Positions 40,001-48,906 of a stretch of DNA of 64,000 nt are shown here, piece after piece. The position numbers and the translations under genes are program-made. Positions within the stretch are counted from its first letter, which is position 1; the number at the start of each line of letters is the position of its first letter. The notes under the pieces are model-generated. The model was not told the DNA's origin. It did not search any database and saw nothing but the letters and a program-made list of their open reading frames with translations. The DNA comes from a phage: assembly GCA_024613925.1 (NCBI GenBank), contig GCA_024613925.1_4713.1; one strand, written 5' to 3'.

Positions 40001-40296
40001 GATGCACGATAATCCAATTTCGCTCGTGGGAGTTGGAATCGTTGATCACGTCGAGGTGCACCCTGTTTGGTTGCGAGATCATCAGCAAACGAAATCCATA
40101 GTTGAGCACTTTCTTTACTCAGCATGTATTCGTTTTCTGGAGGACCTATCAATGAAGGATCCGTTGCGGTGTAATGATAGACAGCATAACGCGGCAGCTG
40201 CAATAGCTGCACTAAACGTAATCTTGGTGATAGTAACTCTTGGTAGCGTCTGACACCAAACTGTCGGTAGTAATCAAGGTATTTAAGTTTTGCCAT
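37087..40296 (-). CDS. RNA polymerase beta-like subunit, upstream exon (N-terminal and middle regions, with acidic N-terminal extension)
   Basis: KDGIYVVNGIKYR (beta DNGTFIINGTERV-like), CQSGQTPTPVG (CPIETPEG-like), PLLEHLKANY (PFLEHDDANR-like), terminal ALAVPAADRDD (RQAVPTLRAD-like); GGAG RBS; start 3 nt after the beta-prime stop. Confidence 0.6.
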   Translation of the reverse strand: MAKLKYLDYYRQFGVRRYQELLSPRLRLVQLLQLPRYAVYHYTATDPSLIGPPENEYMLSKESAQLWISFADDLATKQGAPRRDQRFQLPRAKLDYRASHRRFRLVTDLSTVEKNINAQIVANYAHLNHMYIYRPTLTRWYDEWFNVRKTIWSKANEIAQQSDRQHFLLFRIPSTLPKISLMRTTQQAPTRNNLMNFATPEELSFFDFFRWLGTDRENSTMASLDRATLDKLNIVFTDGVYFFTLNLGLLEEWRTGLVKEGEELDKTTLETFQRRWMMAVTRLWSQSANEEEQKQEEEQVLRQERDILADSPDAEYDDRDVVLPNGEDLATVLDPDELEAELVGGSDEDDDADAWNAIVERSFEDVREVPGVEVQPDFQPDEDQDITDDLFEVVTDDTEEEKVDVFDAATLPKTHGEYIQSLSDAVLVRASDLADAGQLSGVQYKAAMRNADAIHEIEAPDGSGLTLAEYVEVKPKAAKLAPAKVMPEADVIVDKSLCKSTLAVWDKHYVEHVMQKDIAAAVVAVQQAGYPVTGYKVEDVVDVMGDYQVITIKLAPVGGVPTTFPVMLPKVRKDGIYVVNGIKYRMRKQRVDKPIRKVSSSEVALSTAYGKVFVKRSERVVNNAGRWLTRQLTAMYYDKSSPLTTLKRGNVFDPAVKVPYYFAVLARNYTQIQFADWDIRLDTKTLPEFIGEDRFNEQLAEGLLTFARNTLGEFLAIDKRNQLYICQSGQTPTPVGTFPDFFGINAAKMPIEAADLEFMGVRIPVGVVLSYLGGLTPLLEHLKANYRTVPRGSRMGLAPDEFAVSFDDESLIFSKDDRMTTLLLGGFNEYRNYIGYARGAFDNRDIYFNVVDGAGLKVRHLRELELMERLFVDPVSRTLLQNMGEPTDFAMLLLRAVELLLDDWAPNTNDVNYQRFKTYDKFAELVYKDLVGAIRQNENSSQGNRQKISISPVSVWNQILDDSASIVIDETNPMLDIKQGEEATMTGIGGRSKTSLRRARDREYDKSDIGVVSEGTKDSGDVGISAYLAPNANIVSVYGETKPYDEKTDGSSSIMSTSALAVPAADRDD

Positions 40297-40299
40297 GGG

Positions 40300-41946
40300 T
40301 TAGGCTCCACGAGGTCCCGTTAAGTTGCGTAATAGGAACGCAACCGTATCGTAACCAATATCAATGTTGAATTTATTTTTACCACTTACCCAGAAAGCTC
40401 GCTTCTTGTGCGAGTTGGTAATTTCGTCAATAGCTTCCATGGAATAAAGAACGTTAACCGAGACCGTATCACCGTCGAAGTCCGCCCCGAGGCCAGCTAG
40501 AAACACCTGGCCGACTTGGGTCGTTTCTACAAATGACGCTTTCAATGACCAATCTGGGTATTCCCATGCCATATACCGATCGCCTTCTAACGGTTGCCAA
40601 TCGACACCGAGTTCTCTTCTTGGCTTCGTGTTAACTGTCGTCCGCACATAGCAGGTTAACGGTATAACTGATTGCATTCCCGATACTGGATAACGTGTCA
40701 CCATCGCACCGAGTTTATTCCAAAGATGATAACCGCTCAGATAAACCAATTCGCAGTATGTAACCGGATGAACATTAGCGCCAGGTTTGTTCAGCATCTC
40801 TGGGGGTATTTCACTCATGCCACGGAATAACCGAAACGAATCGTTGTTCACATAGACGAGGCAAAGATAACGCCCATTAACCATGATAGGTTCGTTACGC
40901 ACACCAGGATCGCTTAGCGTGTTCAGTAAACGTTCGATACCGTCCCACGTTGTAAAGTCATCGATGGTATCTGGGTCTAACGTGACGCGTTCACGTTCCA
41001 TCGTTTCGGTATCGATAAGCTCAGCTTCAGTAACATCACGAACAAATATTTCCTGCAAAATCCCCGTACGTAATGCGTGCTGTGTGATAGGAAGAGCAGC
41101 CTTGCTCATCTGATATAGACCAAGTTGTACTGATGTACACGAAGTCTGGTTCGGTGAGCCGAGAACCTCTGTAGTTGGGATGACAGCCGAAATAACGTTA
41201 CGGGTTGAGTTCCAAACGCGACGTGAACCGAACTTCCCTTGGAAGATCCCTTTCTTACCTTGGAACATATCCAACAACAAAGCGTAGATATCGTTGAATG
41301 TTCTCTGTAAGCTCCAGCGCTGGCCGTCGTAAACGGGATCGGAATAATCTTTTAATCCATCAGGGACGGTGTTAGAAATTGCAAGGAAACGACGATACAA
41401 CTCCGTGATTTCTTGCTCGCTTTCATACCCGCCTTCTTTTACTTCTATTTCACGTAAGCCTGCAGGTAATACCAGTAAGTGACGGGTCATCGCTTTGAAC
41501 ATGTTCTCTTCGACAACTTTAATTCGTAGCTCTCGTTGAGCTGAACCCGTTGAAACGAACTTGATATCCGCGACGTGTTGTGCAAAGAACCCGTATCCTG
41601 TTTGTCCTGTTAACGCATCAGACGCAACGAAGTCGCGTTGTTCAGGATCCCAACGAGCATACGCCTTTCCCGACATGATATCACCATAGAGGTGTTTTAG
41701 TCGAATGAGGCGGTCGTAAATGACAGGGTGCAGGATTTCAACCTTGCATTCAATCACCGCAAATCGACGGTCTCGATCTTCACTACCTGCACTACCAAAG
41801 ATGGTGTAAGAATAGAAACCATCATCGTGGAAATTACCGGTGCTTGGGTCACGAATGCTCATGCTCGTGATCTTGGGGAGAAAACGTAACTGCTGTTTAT
41901 CGAGGTGTAAAATACTAATGTTAAACGGCTCTCTGACTTTAGCCAT
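40300..41946 (-). CDS. RNA polymerase beta-prime-like subunit, N-terminal catalytic part (548 aa from ATG 41946)
   Basis: GADFDGDTVSVNVLYSMEA matches the universal beta-prime NADFDGDQMAVHVPLTLEA; GKFGSRRVWNSTRNVIS resembles GKRVDYSGRSVIT; AGAGGAG RBS before ATG 41946. Confidence 0.7.
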   Translation of the reverse strand: MAKVREPFNISILHLDKQQLRFLPKITSMSIRDPSTGNFHDDGFYSYTIFGSAGSEDRDRRFAVIECKVEILHPVIYDRLIRLKHLYGDIMSGKAYARWDPEQRDFVASDALTGQTGYGFFAQHVADIKFVSTGSAQRELRIKVVEENMFKAMTRHLLVLPAGLREIEVKEGGYESEQEITELYRRFLAISNTVPDGLKDYSDPVYDGQRWSLQRTFNDIYALLLDMFQGKKGIFQGKFGSRRVWNSTRNVISAVIPTTEVLGSPNQTSCTSVQLGLYQMSKAALPITQHALRTGILQEIFVRDVTEAELIDTETMERERVTLDPDTIDDFTTWDGIERLLNTLSDPGVRNEPIMVNGRYLCLVYVNNDSFRLFRGMSEIPPEMLNKPGANVHPVTYCELVYLSGYHLWNKLGAMVTRYPVSGMQSVIPLTCYVRTTVNTKPRRELGVDWQPLEGDRYMAWEYPDWSLKASFVETTQVGQVFLAGLGADFDGDTVSVNVLYSMEAIDEITNSHKKRAFWVSGKNKFNIDIGYDTVAFLLRNLTGPRGA

Positions 41947-42068
41947 GGAGACACTCCTCTTTACCACCACCGGCTGCGGCGGTATCATCTGAACACACGA
42001 GAGACGTAATGGGTGATGGCGTCACCCATCGCTTCCTTGCCTGATGCCAGGAAGTTATTAGGTTACGT

Positions 42069-42093
42069 GCCTGCTTGATAAAATCAAGCAGGC
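42069..42093. promoter_or_regulatory. perfect palindrome GCCTGCTTGA-TAAAA-TCAAGCAGGC in divergent intergenic region
   Basis: 10-bp perfect inverted repeat between divergently transcribed RNAP and giant virion protein genes; a second palindrome ATGGGTGA/TCACCCAT lies at 42009-42029. Confidence 0.3.
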
Positions 42094-42191
42094 GATGTGT
42101 GAAGTTACGCTTCAACATTATCAATGCCGAAGGTAAGCTTCGTGCATCACGTTCCAACGTAACATGGGAACGTATCGAACTGGAGGTATAC

Positions 42192-45100
42192 ATGGTAGAT
42201 AAAACCCGTGTTGAGGGTGATGATAATTGGGATAACTGGGATGATGACTTCTCCCTGGATCTCGATTTTGATGAGCCTAAAGACGATCGTAAGCCAATAA
42301 CACGCTTTGCGGTAGGGGCGGTTAAAGGTGCTGCTGAGGATCTTACTTCCTACGAAAGAATGAAGGAGATCGCCAGAAACGCATTGCCTAAGGGCTACAG
42401 CGACGGTATGGATCTTATTGATTCCGCCGTCGGATCCACGAAGGAACTATACAATGAAGCCGTTCGTGACGTTCTTCCTAAGGTCCAAAGCTCAAAACGG
42501 TTAGCAGCACAACTAACCAAGAAATACCGTGCGAGCATGCCCGATTTCTCGAAGAAAATTCTCGAGCAATGGGAGCGAGAAGCCAAGGAAGAAGACGAAC
42601 GTAAACAGGCTGAAGCAGAACTCAAGCAACGCATGGCGAGCGCGGGAGATAATGAAATCGCCCGTAAGGTTGCCGAAGCGTTAGGCGAATCAGCAAACCA
42701 AAGCGCGGATCAGTTTGCCGAACAGCAAGCAAAAGAAAGTATCCGTGACGATATCGCTGACAAACGGTACGCTGTAACCAACAAACAAATGAGTGCGATG
42801 CAAGAAGGCGTCGCCAAGATGGTTGGTTTCAACAATGAATTCGCTGCGCGCTACATGCGTAAAAGCCTGGAACTGAAATATCGTTCCTTAGCGATTCAAC
42901 GTGCAAGTTTTGATCAGCATAAAAAGTTAGCCGAAGTCTATATCGGTTTATTACAAAACATCCAGAAGAACACGGCTTTACCTGATGCGGCTAAAGCGAA
43001 AATGTCGGAAGAATTCCGTCGTAGTGCATACCAACGTTTCTTTGGTAATACGTTAGATGCGATGAGTTCTTTCGAGAACCGTTTCTTTGCCGATGTTAAG
43101 AAAAACCTATCCAGGAACATCGTCGGAGCTTTATCGGGATTCGCTGAAAGCAGTCGAGACGCACTGTCTGGCCTCGCCGAAGTGAAAGACGGTATGTCCA
43201 TGATGGATGGAATTGGTTCGGAAGGCGATATAAAGGAGATGAAGGGGAGAATGCTGGGCCAGCTTATCGGCACGGCAGTAACCCCATGGCTTGCCGAGAA
43301 AGGATCGACAGCACTACGTGATTTTGCAAAACGCCATCCTAACTCAAAAATCGCATCCGCAATAAAAACCATTGATGCTGGTGGCGATGCGGCCGCATTT
43401 ACCAGTCGTAACATCGGTAAAATTCTTCAAGAGGACATTCGGAAAAACCAGTTTAATCTCAGCGATCCGTGGTATAAACGTTTCTTACGGGATACCGGAA
43501 GCATGATGTTCAACATGGACACCGGACGTAACTTCCGTGTGATGAACGACACCGCTGAAACACTGGCGGAGCAAACGTCTTTCGACGGTTTAACTTACCG
43601 CAGCATCAATGAAGTTATTCCTGGTTTTCTTGCACGCATTCTGAAAAGCAGTGAAGGCATCCGTACGGGAAACAGCGATCCTGACTACGAGGTCTATGAC
43701 AGCATCAGCGGGCAATTCGTGGCTCAGCGCACGCGTGAACAAAGCGTCAATGACACGCTGTTTAACAAACGTACATTTGGTTATTACGCCAGCCGTTTCA
43801 ACGAGGTTATCTCGGTCATCGATCCCGATAAGAAATTATCGGATAACGCAAGAAAAGGATTAGCAAAACAGCTAGCTCGTGACAGCGACGCAAACATTGC
43901 ATTCGACCCGGCTCGTTTTACGGATGAAAGCAACTTCGATCGTAGTATCGACCGTGACGCTATTAAGGAACTTTCTAATTACTTCCGTAACCGTTACGGT
44001 ATCGACTACGTACCCGATGAAAAAGGACAACGCCATCAGGTCATTGGAAACCGCGGGCAATATTACACGGAACGTAACCGAGCTGACCTTCGCTACGGTA
44101 ATTTGAAATCGTTACAACCGGATATCCAGCGTAACCTTAACCTACTGAAACGTACTGGTGACGTCCAATATCTGGAACGGATTGGGATTGTAACGAGAAA
44201 TAGCGACGGAAGCTACTCGGTTAATCACGATCGGTATTTCTCTGAAATCGATCGATACATCGACCGACCGGAGTACGCTGAACGCAGTGATGTTAATACG
44301 CGATTAACCGCTCAGGAAACAAGAGCGCTGGCGCTGGGTTATCGTGACGCAAAACCATCAGTTGATGACGTGCAAAATGCGGGTCGGCCACACATCGATC
44401 GTAAGGCTGTTGGAACAGTAACCGTTGATGAAAACATCGGTTACGATAAATGGTGGAACGACACAGGTGTTATCACCACATCGCTTGAAGAACAGAATCG
44501 AGCGTGGCAAGAGCTTTATCTCGAAGCGTTATCTGAAGCATCCGAACAACGTACTGAAATGCTTGCGTTGCTGAAAGCCATTTCTGAGAAAGACTGGTCT
44601 AATAACGTTTCGTTGGATGGCGAAGATGTACCTGAAGGTGCGGCACCCATTTCATTTATCGATCGCGCCAAACAAAAACTCGGTGCACGCAACCTCTTTA
44701 AAGGCGGTCGTAATCTCCTCTGGAAAGGAATTAAAAATACCGCACGTCTGGGTGTTAAAGGCGCACGCTGGGGTGCAGAACGCACGTTGGGCAGTTTGGT
44801 AAATTCTGGCCGACGCATTATCAATTTCAACCGTTTTGTGTTCGGTGCATTATCCAAGGTTGATCAGGTTCCGTTTGACATTTACGTTAAAGGGGAATCC
44901 CAGCCACGCATATTGGCTGCCAAACTTCGTCAGGGGTTATACTTCGACGAAGCGACAGGAAAAGCTGTAAAACGGATGAAGGATATCAAAGGTCCACTCG
45001 TTGATGCGGATGGAAATATCGTAATCAGTAACGAGGATATCGAGAAAGGGTTGGTCACTCGCGCTGGTCGTGCCTTTGAGAATTCAGGACTTAAGGCGTG

Positions 45101-48100
45101 GGCACGTGAAGGTCTTAATGGAATCACAACGGTATTAAGTCTGCCACGGATGTTAAAACGCGGTGCGGTCGAGATCTACAAACAGCTTGACAAAACACCC
45201 GACGTTTACGTCAAGGGAGAATCAACGCCTCGTCTGTTGTCCACGGTGTTAGCAGCGGGTGGGTATTTCCGTCGGTCGGATGGACAAGTCATCAAAAATC
45301 TTGAAGACATCGATGGTGATGTTGTTGATGCACAAGGTAACGTCGTACTTACGCTTGCCGATATGCAGAAAGGACTTGTCGATAAATACGGTAAAGCGGT
45401 TCGTCGCTTAAAAGAAAAGCTCATCAACTTCGGTGTAAAAGCTTTTACGTTACCGTTAACGCTGCTGCGTAAGACGAAGGACATCCTTAAAGCCCTTCCA
45501 GGTAAAACCGTTAACGGTCTACGACGGATGGGATTAAATTTCCAATCACCTGACGCATTACTGGTGGGAACAACGTCGAGCATGGTAGATCGTCTCGATG
45601 CGATTTATAAGCTCCTCGACCAGCGTATGCCGGGAGGCGATAAGGATTACCGCGATTGGAATGGCGATGGTGTTCGAGAAGGATCGTTGGAAGACCTGAA
45701 ACGTAAGCGCGCGGCCAAGGAAAACGGTAAGGATGACACCGGCAAAGATTCCGGTAAAGGAGAAGAAAAGGAGAAGAAACGAGGATTACTCGGAAGCCTT
45801 TTCGATATGCTTGGCGATACCGCATTAGGTAAACGACTCATGGCGAGTCCGCTTGGAAAAATTCTAGGTGGTCTTGGGGCGGTGTTAAGCGGCGGAGCAT
45901 CGTTAACCGGATTGTTGGGTAAGGGTCTCATTAGTGGAACCGGCGCGCTAGTCAAGGGAGGACTAAGTGTGGCAGGATGGTTAGGACGTGGTGCGTTAAT
46001 GGCGGGCGGGGCCGCATTGAACGCCGTTGGTGGGTTATCGGGATTAGGTGCATTCCTCATCTCACCTGTTGGGCTTGCTATTGCAGGTGGTGCATTGGCT
46101 GCTTATGCTGGATGGAAGATCTATCAGCATTTCGCCGAGAAGCCTGACCCGATGCAGAAGCTCCGTCTTATTGCATACGGTGCAAAAGGGGACGATAAAG
46201 ACTTCAATAAGAAGCTGCTTGCGACAGAAACATACCTCACCGACCATGTGGTTATGACCGGGGATACCATCGGATTCGATCCGAAAGCCGATTCTGAAAA
46301 GATTCTCGAAATCTGGGAATTGTCCCTGGAAGATTCCGACCGAATGAACGAATGGAAACGCTGGTATCTGCATCGTTTTATTCCTGTTTTCGCTCGCGCG
46401 TACAAACTCTGGAAAGAGCATATGCCGGACGAGAAGAAATACATGGAAATGGATAAATATCCAAACGGTGAGAACAAAGTGAAATGGTCGGAAGCGTTTA
46501 TCTGGCCTTCCGATAGTCCTGACGGTCCGTATTACGTCGAAGCTAACCCGTTGGGTTCTTCTGGTGCGACGCGTTATATTGCTGGTCAAGACGTCAAAAC
46601 CTTGATGCTGAAACAACTCGAAGCCATCAAGAAAGAGTACCAGAATCAGATCAAACAATACACTCATGATGAGGCTATTGCTGATTGGTCACGGATGTCT
46701 GACACACAACGTAAATCCGTTGCGCCTAACGCATTACGCGGTCAGAAAGCGTCGTTACGTTTTAACGATAAGCGTTACAACAGCGCTGGCGCTAAAGGAC
46801 GACAGAAGCTTGACGCAACCGCCGTTATTGAAAGCGTAGACCGCCGTGGTAGGAAATGGGTTGCTGGTGGATACATCGATGAACTCACCAGTCTCCGTGT
46901 TCGCGCGTACGGTATCAAGGTTCCGTTGTTAAGTCAGATAAAAGTGCTGATGGAACTTGAAGACGCCGTAGAACCCGGCGTTGTCGCTGAAGGTAAAGGT
47001 GTTAAATACGGTGGCGATCTTGTTGCGCTCTACAAGAAATTCGCGACGAAGTTCGGAAGAGACGTTAACAGCAAGCGGGATCAGGATATCTGGTTTGCTT
47101 GGATGAATAACCGTTTCCTACCCGTCTTTTTAACCTACTACCAACAAGTTAGCGAAATGGGCGGTCAAGGTCTTCTGTCCGACGTGGTACAGAACCTGAA
47201 AGACAGCCAACGTTGGGAAATCGGTGAAGCACTTGTCGCAACGCAATACCGTGATGAGAAAGGTACACTGCAGCCTGTATGGTCCTGGAATAGTTGTGGT
47301 TTCTCCGGTACTGAAGCTAACACCATCAGCAGTTCAACAAAGAGCCAACTCGATCTGTTAAAAGAATATGCGGATAAAGAGAAGGTTCGTGAGAAGAACG
47401 CGGAAGCATCGCAAGAGGATACCGATAAATTATCGAAGATCCAAGAGCTGATGATGAAGCAGGCTGGGTACGAGAAGAAAGACGGTGTCTGGCAGAAGAA
47501 ATCTCGCATTACCGGCGGGATGAGTAACTCCGAAGCGAATTACAACCCCAGTGGGAATAGGGTGGGTGAAAGCAGCTTTACGGCTTCGGCTACCTCCAAT
47601 GCGGGATTAGGGTCAACCGGCGATGTTACTGGATTGCCTAACATGGGCTTACAGAAACCTGCAACGGGACCAGGTCCTGAAGCTGGACGTCGTGCGCTTG
47701 TTAAATCCGCTGTAAAACGCGGCATTACCGATCCAATGGAAATGGCGATGTTCCTTGCGAATATCGAACATGAATCGGGGAACTACACTCACGTACGTGA
47801 GGGGAACTATAAGACACCAGAGCGTCTTAAACAGGTCTTCCCTTACAAATTCCGTGATGTGCAGGATGCCGCACAGACGATCAGCATGGGGCCGGAAGCG
47901 GTATTCGAACGTGTGTACGGTAATCGTAAAGATCTCGGAAACACACAGAAAGGGGACGGGGCGAAGTATTTAGGGCGTGGCTTCATTCAGGTTACCGGTA
48001 AAGCTAACTACGCTCGTTTGTCTAAGACCTTGAATAAGGATCTTGTCAGCGATCCGACCTACCTGGAAACGCCGGAAGGTGCAGCGGAAGGTAGTGTTGC

Positions 48101-48857
48101 ATGGTGGCTCAACCGAGGTAACGTATTACGCGATCCCGCAAAACGGGGTGACGTACGCCAAGTTCGTTATCTGGTTAACGGCGGCTATAACGGATTACGT
48201 GATGTTGAACAACGTTCTGCTTATTGGATTCAGGCGGCTAAGAACGGCACCCTGAAGAAAATGATGGACGAGTTATCAGGGTCAACATCGGACGATCAAG
48301 CTGAAGGACCGACCACTGCCGAACAGGTGAAGAACGAAGCAGCACAAGAGGCAAACGGAACACCTGCTGTAAGCAACGATCCGCAAGCTCCAGCGCCTTC
48401 TACCACCCCTGAAGCTAAACCGTCTGCGGCTGCCGGGACGGCTCCAGCGCCAGGAGAAGCATCGCCGACACCTGGAAGTTTCGAAACAGCAAAAGCCGCG
48501 GCAGGACAACCGACATCAACTCCAGCACCTAGCGATTTGCCGTCAAACCCGGGCGCAAATCGAGGGATATCGGTTCCGAATACGCCTGCACAGGTTGCGC
48601 AGTCTGCGACACAAACATCGGTTGCAAGTGAGAACTTCTACGGCAGCGCAGGTGAAATTCTCCGACAGCAGCTGACCACACAGCAGAACATCGAGAAGAA
48701 CACCGGTAGAACCAATGAACTTATTTCGGAATTAATCCAAGCCGTTAAAGGTTCTTCTATCGGTAAGGGTTCTGCAGGTCCTTCTCAACAACAGACGATG
48801 TCGCTACCTAATCGTCCGCAAGGAATCTCTCCAACACGGACAAGGTACGCACAGTAG
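42192..48857 (+). CDS. giant virion protein (2221 aa) with GH19-type lysozyme domain; phiKZ gp181-like tail/ejection lysin
   Basis: GGAGG RBS before ATG 42192; lysozyme domain at about 47721-48250 (ANIEHESGNY...YLGRGFIQVTGKANY); Gly-rich hydrophobic segment at about 45780-46120; low-complexity A/P/T/S C-terminus. Confidence 0.7.
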   Translation: MVDKTRVEGDDNWDNWDDDFSLDLDFDEPKDDRKPITRFAVGAVKGAAEDLTSYERMKEIARNALPKGYSDGMDLIDSAVGSTKELYNEAVRDVLPKVQSSKRLAAQLTKKYRASMPDFSKKILEQWEREAKEEDERKQAEAELKQRMASAGDNEIARKVAEALGESANQSADQFAEQQAKESIRDDIADKRYAVTNKQMSAMQEGVAKMVGFNNEFAARYMRKSLELKYRSLAIQRASFDQHKKLAEVYIGLLQNIQKNTALPDAAKAKMSEEFRRSAYQRFFGNTLDAMSSFENRFFADVKKNLSRNIVGALSGFAESSRDALSGLAEVKDGMSMMDGIGSEGDIKEMKGRMLGQLIGTAVTPWLAEKGSTALRDFAKRHPNSKIASAIKTIDAGGDAAAFTSRNIGKILQEDIRKNQFNLSDPWYKRFLRDTGSMMFNMDTGRNFRVMNDTAETLAEQTSFDGLTYRSINEVIPGFLARILKSSEGIRTGNSDPDYEVYDSISGQFVAQRTREQSVNDTLFNKRTFGYYASRFNEVISVIDPDKKLSDNARKGLAKQLARDSDANIAFDPARFTDESNFDRSIDRDAIKELSNYFRNRYGIDYVPDEKGQRHQVIGNRGQYYTERNRADLRYGNLKSLQPDIQRNLNLLKRTGDVQYLERIGIVTRNSDGSYSVNHDRYFSEIDRYIDRPEYAERSDVNTRLTAQETRALALGYRDAKPSVDDVQNAGRPHIDRKAVGTVTVDENIGYDKWWNDTGVITTSLEEQNRAWQELYLEALSEASEQRTEMLALLKAISEKDWSNNVSLDGEDVPEGAAPISFIDRAKQKLGARNLFKGGRNLLWKGIKNTARLGVKGARWGAERTLGSLVNSGRRIINFNRFVFGALSKVDQVPFDIYVKGESQPRILAAKLRQGLYFDEATGKAVKRMKDIKGPLVDADGNIVISNEDIEKGLVTRAGRAFENSGLKAWAREGLNGITTVLSLPRMLKRGAVEIYKQLDKTPDVYVKGESTPRLLSTVLAAGGYFRRSDGQVIKNLEDIDGDVVDAQGNVVLTLADMQKGLVDKYGKAVRRLKEKLINFGVKAFTLPLTLLRKTKDILKALPGKTVNGLRRMGLNFQSPDALLVGTTSSMVDRLDAIYKLLDQRMPGGDKDYRDWNGDGVREGSLEDLKRKRAAKENGKDDTGKDSGKGEEKEKKRGLLGSLFDMLGDTALGKRLMASPLGKILGGLGAVLSGGASLTGLLGKGLISGTGALVKGGLSVAGWLGRGALMAGGAALNAVGGLSGLGAFLISPVGLAIAGGALAAYAGWKIYQHFAEKPDPMQKLRLIAYGAKGDDKDFNKKLLATETYLTDHVVMTGDTIGFDPKADSEKILEIWELSLEDSDRMNEWKRWYLHRFIPVFARAYKLWKEHMPDEKKYMEMDKYPNGENKVKWSEAFIWPSDSPDGPYYVEANPLGSSGATRYIAGQDVKTLMLKQLEAIKKEYQNQIKQYTHDEAIADWSRMSDTQRKSVAPNALRGQKASLRFNDKRYNSAGAKGRQKLDATAVIESVDRRGRKWVAGGYIDELTSLRVRAYGIKVPLLSQIKVLMELEDAVEPGVVAEGKGVKYGGDLVALYKKFATKFGRDVNSKRDQDIWFAWMNNRFLPVFLTYYQQVSEMGGQGLLSDVVQNLKDSQRWEIGEALVATQYRDEKGTLQPVWSWNSCGFSGTEANTISSSTKSQLDLLKEYADKEKVREKNAEASQEDTDKLSKIQELMMKQAGYEKKDGVWQKKSRITGGMSNSEANYNPSGNRVGESSFTASATSNAGLGSTGDVTGLPNMGLQKPATGPGPEAGRRALVKSAVKRGITDPMEMAMFLANIEHESGNYTHVREGNYKTPERLKQVFPYKFRDVQDAAQTISMGPEAVFERVYGNRKDLGNTQKGDGAKYLGRGFIQVTGKANYARLSKTLNKDLVSDPTYLETPEGAAEGSVAWWLNRGNVLRDPAKRGDVRQVRYLVNGGYNGLRDVEQRSAYWIQAAKNGTLKKMMDELSGSTSDDQAEGPTTAEQVKNEAAQEANGTPAVSNDPQAPAPSTTPEAKPSAAAGTAPAPGEASPTPGSFETAKAAAGQPTSTPAPSDLPSNPGANRGISVPNTPAQVAQSATQTSVASENFYGSAGEILRQQLTTQQNIEKNTGRTNELISELIQAVKGSSIGKGSAGPSQQQTMSLPNRPQGISPTRTRYAQ

Positions 48858-48868
48858 TCATTAGTTAA

Positions 48869-48887
48869 GGGCGGGAGATTCCCGCCC
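48869..48887 (+). terminator. hairpin GGGCGGGA-GAT-TCCCGCCC followed by T-rich tract
   Basis: 8-bp GC stem directly after the stop of the 2221-aa gene. Confidence 0.5.
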
Positions 48888-48906
48888 TCTTCTTGAGGAA
48901 TGTTAC

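Noticed and set aside
37087-40296. Alternative reading of the 1069-aa ORF as beta-prime C-terminal part (GEEATMTGIGG as trigger loop, GAGLKVRHLRELELMERLFVD as bridge helix)
   Set aside because: The matches are short and weak, whereas beta motifs (FIINGTERV-like, CPIETPEG-like, FLEHDDANR-like) occur in the correct order and the downstream exon carries the beta GDK barrel
41947-41988. Upstream start (41988) for the beta-prime-like gene
   Set aside because: No RBS; the AGAGGAG RBS lies inside this extension, 8 nt before ATG 41946
42075-42191. N-terminal extension of the 2260-aa track ORF (start at 42075)
   Set aside because: The extension runs through the palindrome at 42069-42093 and has no RBS; ATG 42192 has a GGAGG RBS and begins the protein-like sequence MVDKTRVEGDD
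41939-42193. 84-aa minus-strand ORF in the divergent control region
   Set aside because: It spans palindromes and the start of the beta-prime gene; no RBS
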